IMG/VR virus record: IMGVR_UViG_3300042448_002155
Coordinates: 49,715 to 113,714 of that record
From: a virus
Strand: one strand, 5' to 3'
Length of the DNA: 64,000 nt
Positions within the stretch are counted from its first letter, which is position 1. Each line of letters opens with the position of its first letter. Under the pieces are notes generated by a model. That model was not told where the DNA came from. It did not search any database and saw only the letters and a program-made list of their open reading frames with translations. Positions 50,816 to 60,026 of this stretch are shown here, piece after piece. A program made the translations under genes and the position numbers.

Positions 50816-51328
50816 TTAATATCTAGCGTTTGATTGCCTTCCGGGAGAAACTCCTTCTCCCCTTCTATTCATAGCGACACCTGCTGCGACACCAAGCCCA
50901 AGGCCGATTCCTATTTTCTTTCGTGGAGTCATGTTACCAAACATTGACATTAAGGGTTTTTTACCTTTTGGAAAGCTGTCTTCGGTAAGGTTTCCAGCAA
51001 AACGACTTAAGTCTATTCCGCTTCCGCTTCTTGGAACATTAGAAACAGCCCTGGCTGCGCCACCTGTGCGCCCCATGCCTACGCCAACAGTTCCTGGCCT
51101 TCCGCTTCTTACAGCTAGTCCTCTTCCCGTACTTGGCCCTGGCCCAAGGGCTCCTCTGACTGGCAATCTTGCTGGAGCTTTAGCGCCACTTCCTATTGCT
51201 CCTCTTATCGGACTGCTTCGCATGGTAGATTGCCTTGCAAGCATGGCTGCTGCGGTCTGTGATTCTGGGCCACTACCCATATTTGCCATATTTTGTAGAG
51301 CTGCGTAACGTCTTGGTGACATCGCCAT
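50816..51328 (-). CDS. Basic Gly/Arg-rich protein with a C-terminal hydrophobic helix
   Basis: GGAG RBS; KKIGIGLGLGVAAGVAMNRR. Confidence 0.6.
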   Translation of the reverse strand: MAMSPRRYAALQNMANMGSGPESQTAAAMLARQSTMRSSPIRGAIGSGAKAPARLPVRGALGPGPSTGRGLAVRSGRPGTVGVGMGRTGGAARAVSNVPRSGSGIDLSRFAGNLTEDSFPKGKKPLMSMFGNMTPRKKIGIGLGLGVAAGVAMNRRGEGVSPGRQSNARY

Positions 51329-51339
51329 ATTTATACTCC

Positions 51340-52743
51340 CTATTCTATATTGATCTTTTTCTTTATTGGTTTTTGAAAATCAAAAGTAAAGTTATCATTG
51401 AGATAATCTATATAGAATATAGTACCTTTTGGAATATTGCTATTAACAATTGTTTTAGCAAGTGGCGTTTCTATGACGTCTCTTCTAACTTGAGAGATGC
51501 CTCTTGCGCCCTTTATGGTATCTACACCCTTCTCTATCAGGGCATTTATAACATTGTCAGTATATGCCATTGATAGCCCTCTTTTGGAAAGTTTTTCTGC
51601 TATAACTGACATTTCTATTTCTGCGATCTTTTCACAATCTCCTTGATTGAGGTGGTTGAATACAACTATTTTATCTAATCTATTGATAAATTCCGGCTTA
51701 AAGTACTTATTGATAGCTTCGTGAGTATTTTTCTCAACCATCGATCTCAGTGGTGTTTCTTTTGTGTCTCGCTTAAAAGTAATATTTTTAGTAAAACCTG
51801 TACCGGTAGCAATCATATGATCAACTGTTTTGTCATTTCCTAGGTTAGTTGTTAAAATTACTATTGTATTTCTAAAACTAATATGATCCCCTTTTGAGTC
51901 GGTAACTATGCCATCGTCAAATATTCTTAGAAAGGTGTTCCAAATGTCCTGATGAGCTTTTTCCACTTCATCGATTAGAACTACCGTATATGGATTCTTT
52001 TTTACCTGATTAGTTAGTTGCCCACCCTCGTCATGGCCAACGTATCCTGGAGGAGATCCTAACAGCTTGGCATTTTCGTGTTTATGTTGAAACTCTCCGC
52101 AGTCGATTCTAACCATCGGAGAGTCATCGCCAAAGAGGTATGTATGAAGTGTGTTTGCTAGGTGGGTTTTGCCAACACCAGAACTTCCGGCAAAAAGAAA
52201 AACACCTAAAGGACGGTTTGGATCATTTAGATCGGCTTGTGATCTAAAGAGTGCAGCATTTATTTCTTCAATTGCTTCATCCTGTCCAATAATATTATTT
52301 TTTAAATGATCTTCTAGTCCAAGAAATTTTTGTTTAGTAAGTTTTTTACTCTTTGGTAAGGGCTTTGTCTGTTTTGTTTGGGCTTGCTTTAAAAATTCTT
52401 TAACTCTTTTAATATCATTATCTACCTCAGAGTTGAAATCATTCTTAGTAGGATTCGTTGAATAGGCGATATTCAACCAGTAGTCTATATCCAAGCCAGG
52501 GTTGAGCATCACACAGCCCGCGTATACGGCCTCCAGGGCTCGCTCAGCGCCCTCTCTTGACATGGATGACAGCGCAGCCGCAACATCGGTATTTAGGTTG
52601 TAAACGACGTACTGAAGAATTCTCTTACGAAGGTCCTTCGCAGACTTATTCTTCTTGAGAAATTCTTCCACATCGGAAACCGCAAGAACTTTAAATTTAA
52701 CACTAGTGCCGAGCTCAGGTACAAAGATTTGATATATATTCAT
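51340..52743 (-). CDS. ClpA/ClpB-family AAA+ ATPase (single D2-type module)
   Basis: IIGQDEA, RPLGVFLFAGSSGVGKT, GSPPGYVG, LIDEVEKAH, FKPEFINRLD, GAR; likely start MNIY. Confidence 0.85.
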   Translation of the reverse strand: MNIYQIFVPELGTSVKFKVLAVSDVEEFLKKNKSAKDLRKRILQYVVYNLNTDVAAALSSMSREGAERALEAVYAGCVMLNPGLDIDYWLNIAYSTNPTKNDFNSEVDNDIKRVKEFLKQAQTKQTKPLPKSKKLTKQKFLGLEDHLKNNIIGQDEAIEEINAALFRSQADLNDPNRPLGVFLFAGSSGVGKTHLANTLHTYLFGDDSPMVRIDCGEFQHKHENAKLLGSPPGYVGHDEGGQLTNQVKKNPYTVVLIDEVEKAHQDIWNTFLRIFDDGIVTDSKGDHISFRNTIVILTTNLGNDKTVDHMIATGTGFTKNITFKRDTKETPLRSMVEKNTHEAINKYFKPEFINRLDKIVVFNHLNQGDCEKIAEIEMSVIAEKLSKRGLSMAYTDNVINALIEKGVDTIKGARGISQVRRDVIETPLAKTIVNSNIPKGTIFYIDYLNDNFTFDFQKPIKKKINIE

Positions 52744-52783
52744 AAAATGCCTTTCTGACGACACGTTCCCTTATATAGAATAT

Positions 52784-52866
52784 TATAAGTATACGTTGCT
52801 ATATAAGTATACAGGATATAGTTGCTATATAAGTATATAGTAAAGGGGGGAAGGGGGGAAGGGGGG
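52784..52866. repeat. TATAAGTATA x3 (GTTGCTATATAAGTATA x2) followed by three G6 tracts
   Basis: Direct repeats at 52795 and 52821; G6 tracts at 52845, 52853 and 52861 separated by AA. Confidence 0.75.
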
Positions 52867-52875
52867 ATCATGGCT

Positions 52876-52905
52876 AGCTTATCACAGCGTGTCAACTTTT
52901 GTCAA
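52876..52905 (-). promoter_or_regulatory. SigA-type promoter for the leftward operon
   Basis: TTGACA-18 nt-TAAGCT with extended -10 TG. Confidence 0.5.
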
Positions 52906-53063
52906 CGCGATTTTGGATTATAATCCTCGATGCTAGGATGTGGTTCGATGCAAGGGCCGGAAAATGCCCAATACTTAAGTAAGTCCATGGGTGTTTGAAA
53001 TCTATTGCTTAATAGGTATAATGCTAAATGAAGTTCTTCATTTTTAGTTACTCGCTTGCTCAT
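52902..53063 (-). CDS. Small hypothetical protein (53 aa)
   Basis: Hand translation MSKRVTKNEELHL...; AGGAG RBS; upstream TGATATAAT. Confidence 0.5.
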   Translation of the reverse strand: MSKRVTKNEELHLALYLLSNRFQTPMDLLKYWAFSGPCIEPHPSIEDYNPKSR

Positions 53064-53085
53064 TAATACTCCTAGGTGTTATAAT
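53056..53085 (+). promoter_or_regulatory. SigA-type promoter for the recA operon
   Basis: TTGCTC-18 nt-TATAAT with extended -10 TG. Confidence 0.55.
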
Positions 53086-53135
53086 ACTCTTAAAATATAT
53101 AAACAATATTATATCACCCCTGGAAGGGATACGTA

Positions 53136-53369
53136 ATGCTGCAGAAGTCCGACCTTATTGGCATTGTTGATCAGAATTTACAACTGCAACATCAAAAAAT
53201 TCTAACTGCTTTAAATCGAGCAGAGTGCTCATCATCTCAATACGAAATCTTAAAAAAGAATCTCTTACTAGAGATGCGTCGTTTTGAGGCAGAAGCTGAT
53301 ATAATAATAAGTGACGCTGAGTGCAGAAGCACAGATGAACACACACAAGGAAAGCTTTTTGATGACTGA
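53136..53369 (+). CDS. Hypothetical protein (77 aa)
   Basis: ORF coupled to recA through an ATGACTGA overlap. Confidence 0.55.
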   Translation: MLQKSDLIGIVDQNLQLQHQKILTALNRAECSSSQYEILKKNLLLEMRRFEAEADIIISDAECRSTDEHTQGKLFDD

Positions 53370-54408
53370 GGATTTAGAGCCCGCTGTAAAAAATGTTGAA
53401 TTTGATAAATCAACTGGAGAAATACTTCCTTCCGCAAAGAAAGTTCTTAAGGAAGAGTCTAAGACACTTGAGATAGCAATAGCTCAACTTCAGAAGCAGT
53501 ATGGTGCTGGCTCAGTTGTGCGACTTGGATCCACTAATATTAAACCATGGGACTCAATTTCAACTGGAGCACTCACGCTAGATAATGCTCTTGGAATTGG
53601 TGGTTTCCCGCGCGGGCGCGTAGTTGAAATCTACGGACCTGAATCATCAGGTAAGTCCACCATAGCTTTGGCCACAGTAGCCAAGGCTCAGCAAATGGGC
53701 ATCACGTGCGCTTACATCGACGCAGAGCACGCACTTGATCCAGTATACATGCAGGCTGTAGGCATTGACCTAGACAATCTCTTGTTGGCACAGCCAGATT
53801 ATGGCGAGCAAGGTTTTGATATTGCAGATAGACTTTTGCGCACTGGAGAAGTCGGATTAATTATTATTGACTCAGTTGCAGCACTTGTTCCTAAGGCAGA
53901 GCTTGATGGCGAAATGGAACAGGCTCACATGGGCTTGCAAGCACGCATGATGGCAAAAGCTATGCGTAAGATTACTGGACTCGCTGCTCAGCACAATACT
54001 CTTATTATATTCATTAACCAATTGCGAAACAAAATTGGAGTTATGTTTGGTAATCCTGAAACCACTCCTGGTGGATTTGCTCTCAAGTTTGCAGCGTCTG
54101 TTCGTATCGACGTCCGCAAGAAGGAAGACTTGAAGGATAAGATGGGCAATCCAATCGGAGTAAAGATTAAAGCTAAGGTTATCAAGAATAAGATGGCACC
54201 CCCAATGAAAATTGTAGAGTTTGATATTATCTATGCTCAGGGCATTGATGAGTTTGGTTGTATCTTTGATCTAGGGATAGACAAGGGTGTTCTCGCACAA
54301 AAGGGCGCATGGGTTTATTATAACAATGAAAACTTTGCGCAGGGCAGAGATAACGCTATTGAAAAGCTTAAGTCAAATCCTGAGATTGTCGCTGCAATCA
54401 AGAAGTAG
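53362..54408 (+). CDS. recA: RecA recombinase
   Basis: GRVVEIYGPESSGKST, IDAEHALDP, IIDSVAALVP, INQLR, FGNPETTPGG; start placed at ATG 53362. Confidence 0.95.
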   Translation: MTEDLEPAVKNVEFDKSTGEILPSAKKVLKEESKTLEIAIAQLQKQYGAGSVVRLGSTNIKPWDSISTGALTLDNALGIGGFPRGRVVEIYGPESSGKSTIALATVAKAQQMGITCAYIDAEHALDPVYMQAVGIDLDNLLLAQPDYGEQGFDIADRLLRTGEVGLIIIDSVAALVPKAELDGEMEQAHMGLQARMMAKAMRKITGLAAQHNTLIIFINQLRNKIGVMFGNPETTPGGFALKFAASVRIDVRKKEDLKDKMGNPIGVKIKAKVIKNKMAPPMKIVEFDIIYAQGIDEFGCIFDLGIDKGVLAQKGAWVYYNNENFAQGRDNAIEKLKSNPEIVAAIKK

Positions 54409-54410
54409 TT

Positions 54411-54584
54411 ATGGACTTCAATCCAACAATATGTGACGATTGTCAATATCCACCAAATTTCATCATCACACCTTTGCCTCGAAAAAATAACCGACAATTT
54501 TTTTCTGTGAAGTGCAGAGATTGTGGTGACTCATGGAACGAATCCCCTGATAGCGACATCAATAACTTTGATGAAGAAATATAA
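54411..54584 (+). CDS. Small zinc-ribbon protein (57 aa)
   Basis: Hand translation MDFNPTICDDC...VKCRDCGDSW. Confidence 0.6.
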   Translation: MDFNPTICDDCQYPPNFIITPLPRKNNRQFFSVKCRDCGDSWNESPDSDINNFDEEI

Positions 54585-54638
54585 CTTATATCTTAAATAA
54601 CAAGTACTATTTCCATATGTGCTACTCAGGGTGGGTTT

Positions 54639-54929
54639 ATGGATTTTGTTCGACGGATATTGAATCTTTTTAAAAAAGAGCAGATGGCTGGAACTAGTCA
54701 ATTTACTTCCTTCATTCATGTTTCTGATGTTACTAGTTCTGAATTTGTCGTCACGGTTCACACAGATGAAACTGGGTATTTAATATTCTCTATCTTTAGC
54801 CCCGATGAGTGGGCCATGATTGTAGATGTCTGTGAATTGACTTCCCGCGATATTGAAGAGGTTGTCCGTGAGATTTCGGATGATGAAAACATTACCAGCG
54901 TAGCCATTGATCCCAGGGATATAGATTAA
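54639..54929 (+). CDS. Hypothetical protein (96 aa)
   Basis: ORF coupled to the next gene. Confidence 0.55.
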   Translation: MDFVRRILNLFKKEQMAGTSQFTSFIHVSDVTSSEFVVTVHTDETGYLIFSIFSPDEWAMIVDVCELTSRDIEEVVREISDDENITSVAIDPRDID

Positions 54930-56746
54930 TGGAGATGAACATTCCAGGTCACGATCAAGTGACCGATCCAATCATACTGGATAGAATCCGCGCACGGAGA
55001 CAGGCCGACTTGGATCTTGCATTTAATTCAACGAATCCTGATTATCCTAATCGCAAAACAGCAAGTATGGGTTTAGATGAACTCAGAGCAGCAATTGTTC
55101 AGGCCAATGGTGGCGTTGTGCCCGATTCAGAAAGTAGTAGACCTCTAACTGCTGCGCAATCCTCATTCCTGGAGACAGGACGGCAAGAAAAACTTGCTAG
55201 AGATGCGCTAGCTCGAGCTGCAACCTCAGAGACAATGAAGAGTGTTGAAGAACACGGATACCTATATCACTATGCCCCAAGAGATGCCAGAGAAAGTATC
55301 CTAAAAGAAGGTATGCGCCCCTCTCAAGCAAGGACCGCCATAGGTGATATAAAGGGGCCAATGGCTCACCATGCAACTCATGTTCCAGAAAATTCTTTAT
55401 ACTTCTTTACTGATCCTAATTATGCGCCATCTGCTGAGATGCTTTTTGATGGTGATACACCAGACATGTATAGGATAAAAATTGAACCCGGAATGCTAGA
55501 TAATATGGCTGTAGATCCTAGGGTGCCTATTGTAGGCGGTCGCGGTTCTGCAGTAATACTTCCCATAAAAGGTGATTCAATACTTGCTGAATTGTTTGCA
55601 GTGGATGTGGAGTTTGACTATGGTGCCGAGTCCGGAACAATTAAAGGTCGTACTTTTCTTTCAGATTCTCAAAGAGCAAGAGTTCAACCTGTCGTAAAAG
55701 CAGCTACCCATGGTGAAGCAGTAGACCCAAGATCAGTTGCTCCAGTTCAAAAAGCAAAGCCCCAAGCTGTATTGCCGGTGACTCAACAGGGTAAACCGGT
55801 AATGAACATTCCAGGTCACGGCCAAGTTATTGATCCGAAGACTGTTTCTTCTTCTGGTGCTGCAAAAACTCAGAGTACTTTAAAGGCTGGTAAACAAAAA
55901 ACAAGATGGAAGCCCGTTTATGAAAACGGTAAGTTAATTGGCCATCAGCAAACTATAGATGGAGTCAAAAAAGCTTATCTTCCTTTTGACGCAGATGTGG
56001 CCTCTATGCCAAGATCCCCATCTTATGACGCAGCGTTTAACGTTGAATCAACTCCTGGAAAGTCAAAACTCAATATACACTTTCAGAATGTTGAAGGGCC
56101 TAATCAATTTAGGGTTAAAGCTGGTAGGACTGTAGAGTTTGGCGGAAAAACATATAAGGGTGGACAGTTTGTTCCAACTCAAGCAGGATTAGTGGATAGC
56201 ATCATTGGAAGGGCCTCACAGGGAGCGAAACTATTTCCTTCAGAAAAATCTTTTCTTGAAGAAAACTACCCAGAAAACTTTTTGGATAACGAATTAAGAA
56301 AGCGAATGCCATCAGCTCCAAAAGGCGCTAAGCCTAGTGTGACTTTTCAAATTGGACAATCAATCAAACAAGATCAAGAAGAAGCTCGCAAAGCTGCTAG
56401 ATTAGCTAAGGGAGAACAAAGGATTGCTGATCGTGCAAGAAACAGAGAAAGTGCTCAAGCTGTTGAATCAGCCGAGAATCTAGCTAAAGCAGAACGAAAA
56501 ACAGCTGAAAGAGTTCAGGCTGTCATTAGTAGAGGTAGTTCTGAAGTGGGCGAAACAATTATTCCTTCTCGACTCGCACCTGCTGCTGAACAGGCTGAGG
56601 AAGTTGTTCGTAAGGCTCCTATCTCTAAAAGAACAATGGAAAAGATGATGTCTTCTAACATGCTTGCAGCAGGAGTTGCTGCGGGTGGTTTGGGGCTTCT
56701 TTATGCTTCAAACAAGATGAGAGGCGAAAGAGAAGTTGGGCGTTAA
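54929..56746 (+). CDS. Protein with a putative ADP-ribosyltransferase-like domain and a C-terminal hydrophobic helix
   Basis: YLYHYA...ESILKEGMRP...SLYFFTDP...MYRIKI; C-terminal MLAAGVAAGGLGLLY. Confidence 0.55.
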   Translation: MEMNIPGHDQVTDPIILDRIRARRQADLDLAFNSTNPDYPNRKTASMGLDELRAAIVQANGGVVPDSESSRPLTAAQSSFLETGRQEKLARDALARAATSETMKSVEEHGYLYHYAPRDARESILKEGMRPSQARTAIGDIKGPMAHHATHVPENSLYFFTDPNYAPSAEMLFDGDTPDMYRIKIEPGMLDNMAVDPRVPIVGGRGSAVILPIKGDSILAELFAVDVEFDYGAESGTIKGRTFLSDSQRARVQPVVKAATHGEAVDPRSVAPVQKAKPQAVLPVTQQGKPVMNIPGHGQVIDPKTVSSSGAAKTQSTLKAGKQKTRWKPVYENGKLIGHQQTIDGVKKAYLPFDADVASMPRSPSYDAAFNVESTPGKSKLNIHFQNVEGPNQFRVKAGRTVEFGGKTYKGGQFVPTQAGLVDSIIGRASQGAKLFPSEKSFLEENYPENFLDNELRKRMPSAPKGAKPSVTFQIGQSIKQDQEEARKAARLAKGEQRIADRARNRESAQAVESAENLAKAERKTAERVQAVISRGSSEVGETIIPSRLAPAAEQAEEVVRKAPISKRTMEKMMSSNMLAAGVAAGGLGLLYASNKMRGEREVGR

Positions 56747-56788
56747 TACTTAACGACATTTTTTTTTCAAACTCGCCCGTATAAAAAC

Positions 56789-56833
56789 AAAAGAGACGCT
56801 TCCTGCCTGATGAGCAGAGAGCGTCTCTTTTTT
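56789..56833. terminator. Bidirectional intrinsic terminator
   Basis: AAAAGAGACGCT...AGCGTCTCTTTT between convergent genes. Confidence 0.75.
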
Positions 56834-56847
56834 CGTTTGGTTAACGA

Positions 56848-57066
56848 TCAGTAGTCGTAACCCGATTCCCAACCTATTTCATCATAGGATTCATTTGAAG
56901 ATGAAAAGGACATTTCGAACTCCGTTCCTTCGAGACTGGTATAGGCCATGCCACCGAAGGGGTTAACCCACTGGAAGCAGTCTGGACATCTCATGTTGGA
57001 ACCAAGAAGTTCCTCAGCAACGATAAATTCTGATGCACAGTGTGGACACTCTATAAATGAATTCAT
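56848..57066 (-). CDS. Zinc-ribbon protein (72 aa)
   Basis: CPHC...CPDC; AAGGA RBS. Confidence 0.65.
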   Translation of the reverse strand: MNSFIECPHCASEFIVAEELLGSNMRCPDCFQWVNPFGGMAYTSLEGTEFEMSFSSSNESYDEIGWESGYDY

Positions 57067-57498
57067 TTTTTATCCTTTGATGTGTTAAGCATTAGCTGGT
57101 ATGGGTTGATGTGACCCTTGGGGATCACGTCATTGACTATATCCATTGCGGGCGGGTTGATGCAACTCGTAGGTAGTTATTTTAGAAAAAAAATTTCTTA
57201 CGGGCGATTCTGTATAGGAAAAAATTTTGGACTGAAATGGATGAAAGGTGTTGCGAGTTTTTCTAAATTCGAGGGGCAAACGTTTCTAATCTCGAGGGGG
57301 TATAAACGTATATAGAATCTATATAAGAGAAAATATAGAAAAAAATTATAGGGAAAATATATAACCTTATATAGGTTTAATATATGGTAAAAATTAAGGA
57401 AAATTTATGAGGGGGAGATAGTGAGTATATGTGTACTCTTTAGACTTTTAACATGCCCACCCGGGTATGGGGTCTATTCCTTTGAAAGGGGAACTATT

Positions 57499-58164
57499 AT
57501 GTTGAAGAAAATTATCCGTTGGAGTCCTATTGTAACTGTTGTACTTGGCATCATGATGTGGTTAGGTTTGCACCTAGCTACTGATGGCAGTGGTGACATT
57601 GACAACTACTCATTTGTTAGCAATAGTTCTGCCTTTGCTATGAGTGACATACTGTCTATGTTTGGTCACTCAAGTAATGACCACTTATTTACTAACCTAT
57701 TGGTATTGATACTCTATTGTACAATAGGGGAATTGCTATTAGGTAGTAAGAAGTTCCTGCTAGGGATAGTAGCTATTATGACTGCACAGGTAGTCATTCA
57801 GGAAGTCATCGGTGACTTCTATGGCATAGGTGCATCAGGGTGGCTAGCTGCTACTCCAGGACTCATGCTCTTGGGTGCAATACTCAAGGTGCGTCAGACA
57901 GGTGAGGGCGTTGGTTGTATGGGCTTCCCATACATGATCTACGTTCCCATGCTAGCTATGGTTGTATGGGATATCCAGCACCTGAACAGTGGTGATGGAA
58001 CCGGCCATGATTCCCACTTGATAGGTCACGCAGTAGGAGGTGTCTTTGCAGTAGTTGCGGTAGTACTTAGTGTTATTACTGCAATTGCAGAAGTCAAGGA
58101 GTGGCTACGTCAAAGAGCTCACCGTAAGGCGTGGGCTGCGAGGCGTGCACTTATATCAGTATGA
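57499..58164 (+). CDS. Rhomboid-family intramembrane serine protease
   Basis: SMFGH...HLFTN, GASG (catalytic Ser), HLIG (catalytic His), several TM helices; GAAAGGGG RBS before ATG 57499. Confidence 0.8.
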   Translation: MLKKIIRWSPIVTVVLGIMMWLGLHLATDGSGDIDNYSFVSNSSAFAMSDILSMFGHSSNDHLFTNLLVLILYCTIGELLLGSKKFLLGIVAIMTAQVVIQEVIGDFYGIGASGWLAATPGLMLLGAILKVRQTGEGVGCMGFPYMIYVPMLAMVVWDIQHLNSGDGTGHDSHLIGHAVGGVFAVVAVVLSVITAIAEVKEWLRQRAHRKAWAARRALISV

Positions 58165-58260
58165 CAAAGTTAGTTTCCCCTGGGGTCTTCGGATCCTGGG
58201 GGAAACTTCTTTTTTGAGGATAGGCCGCCGGTCTAACTCATTCTCTGAAAGGGGATTGTT

Positions 58261-58359
58261 ATGTCAAACATGACATTTATTTTAGTTGGTAATGCCGTAT
58301 TTGCTGTTTTGTGCACAATGGCTATATTGCCGTTGTTCTTCTATAACAAGAAGAAGTAA
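58261..58359 (+). CDS. Small single-TM protein (32 aa)
   Basis: MSNMTFILVGNAVFAVLCTMAILPLFFYNKKK; GAAAGGGG RBS. Confidence 0.55.
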   Translation: MSNMTFILVGNAVFAVLCTMAILPLFFYNKKK

Positions 58360-58608
58360 GTAGATAAAGGGTAGTGTCTTACCTTGCGCACTAGCAAAGA
58401 CACACTATAGAAGAAGTTGTTTCCCCTGGGGCATTTGCCTTGGGGGAAACTTCTTTTTTGAGGATAGGTCATTGTCCTTTAGTAAGGTTCGCCATGGGCC
58501 AACGGATTCACTCGCGTTAAAGAGTAGACATGGAAGATGGTTTTACCATTCGTAATAATCACGTTCAGTACGTTAAGTTGAACAAAGGCATGTTTCTTGG
58601 AGGAAATC

Positions 58609-58836
58609 ATGTTGCAATTCATTAAGAACAATAAGTACTTCGCACTAGTTCTCTTGTTGGTATTCACGCCAACGAGTAAATTAGTGTTCGGGCTATTCGG
58701 CATTGCTGCTGGATTCATCAACTGGGGTCTTTTGATCCTGGTTGGCATCGTTGTGTTGGGTGTTAAGCTCAACAACAAGTTTGACTTTAGTGGGTTTAAC
58801 CCATTTAAGTCAGACGAAGAGGATGACGACCTCTAG
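58609..58836 (+). CDS. Small membrane protein, paralog of 59055-59324
   Basis: GGAGG RBS; hydrophobic; PT...INW motif. Confidence 0.7.
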   Translation: MLQFIKNNKYFALVLLLVFTPTSKLVFGLFGIAAGFINWGLLILVGIVVLGVKLNNKFDFSGFNPFKSDEEDDDL

Positions 58837-59054
58837 TTAATTAGGTAGGATGATGACCCATCCTGCCTGAAAGAAGTTGTTTCCCCTGGGGCATTTGCCT
58901 TGGGGGAAACTTCTTTTTTGAGGATAGACCATTGTCCTTACTGGTAGCCAGAATGCAGGCATAAAACCAGTCCGGGTGACGCCGGTTCATCAGTCAACGT
59001 AATAATCACGTTCAGTACGTTAAGCTGAACAAAGGCATGTTTCTTGGAGGAATC

Positions 59055-59324
59055 ATGTTGTCATTCATTAATAAGAAGGTCATCTTTGCGGTGGCAGTAG
59101 CAGTAGCAGTGTTGTTGGTATTGGAGCCAACAACCGATATCACAATGGCGGTATTGCGCTTGCCAAGTAAGGCTGCTTGGATGATCTTGGGCTTTGTGTT
59201 CAGTATCATCAACTGGCCAGTGCTTATTATGATGGTCATTGGTTTTGCCGTGGCTTTTGTAGTAAAGACCAGGTCAGTTGACTGGTCAGAGGTAAAGTCC
59301 TTCTTTAATAAAGAAGAGGCTTAA
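59055..59324 (+). CDS. Small membrane protein, paralog of 58609-58836
   Basis: GGAGG RBS; hydrophobic; PT...INW motif. Confidence 0.7.
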   Translation: MLSFINKKVIFAVAVAVAVLLVLEPTTDITMAVLRLPSKAAWMILGFVFSIINWPVLIMMVIGFAVAFVVKTRSVDWSEVKSFFNKEEA

Positions 59325-59485
59325 TCAAGAGGGGTGATGGTCCACCTCTTTAATAGAGAAGAAGTTGTTTCCCCTGGGGTCTTCGGATCCTGGGGGAAAC
59401 TTCTTTTTTGAGGATAGACCCATGGTCTTTCTCTAGGCTTAAGCCACAGCCTAGCCATCCCGGCGAAGTGGCAAAGGGGGTCGAG

Positions 59486-59776
59486 ATGAAGCTCGACATC
59501 CAATGGTGGGCAACCACTCAAGACGCCATCGTGGGGTTAATTCCCCTCGACGGCAAAACCCTCGTGATCAAAAGCGATCATGATGGCAACTTCATTGGCT
59601 ACAAGGCCGATGAAGTTACCCTTGAACACCTCGCAATTGCGGGCGAGACATTTCGCCTGTATGCGGTGTGCAGGAGGGGCAGAAGGGTTGAGGAGATTCG
59701 TCTCCTTAATCCTGTCCTTATGGACTTGTTGGGGATTGACCCTAACGAGATCATGAGGTCCACTACCTTTAGTTGA
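59486..59776 (+). CDS. Hypothetical protein (96 aa)
   Basis: Start MKLDIQWW after AAAGGGGG. Confidence 0.6.
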   Translation: MKLDIQWWATTQDAIVGLIPLDGKTLVIKSDHDGNFIGYKADEVTLEHLAIAGETFRLYAVCRRGRRVEEIRLLNPVLMDLLGIDPNEIMRSTTFS

Positions 59777-59882
59777 GGTGGTGGAGCAAAAAGGTTGTTT
59801 CCCCTGGGGTCTTCGGACTCTGGGGGAAACACCTTTTTTGATTATAGACCCCCGAACAACTGAAGGGGTTGGAAAGGTAATC

Positions 59883-60026
59883 ATGAGCGAGCCATACGAG
59901 TGTTTAGACGGAGTGTGCCGGGACGTAGTGTCATGGACACCCATGGGTGTGCTTGCAGCCGTCGTCATAACGGCTATATCGGTACTTGCCATTGTTCGCG
60001 TCATTGAGCAAATCCGACGCAAGTAA
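59883..60026 (+). CDS. Small single-TM protein (47 aa)
   Basis: Start MSEPYEC after GAAAGG. Confidence 0.55.
   Translation: MSEPYECLDGVCRDVVSWTPMGVLAAVVITAISVLAIVRVIEQIRRK

Noticed and set aside
2575-51573. Numerous plus-strand ORFs in the track overlapping the structural genes
   Set aside because: Antisense shadows of long minus-strand genes, without RBS or recognisable motifs
57118-57315. 65-aa ORF in the A-rich gap
   Set aside because: TTG start, no RBS, and low-complexity sequence; probably non-coding
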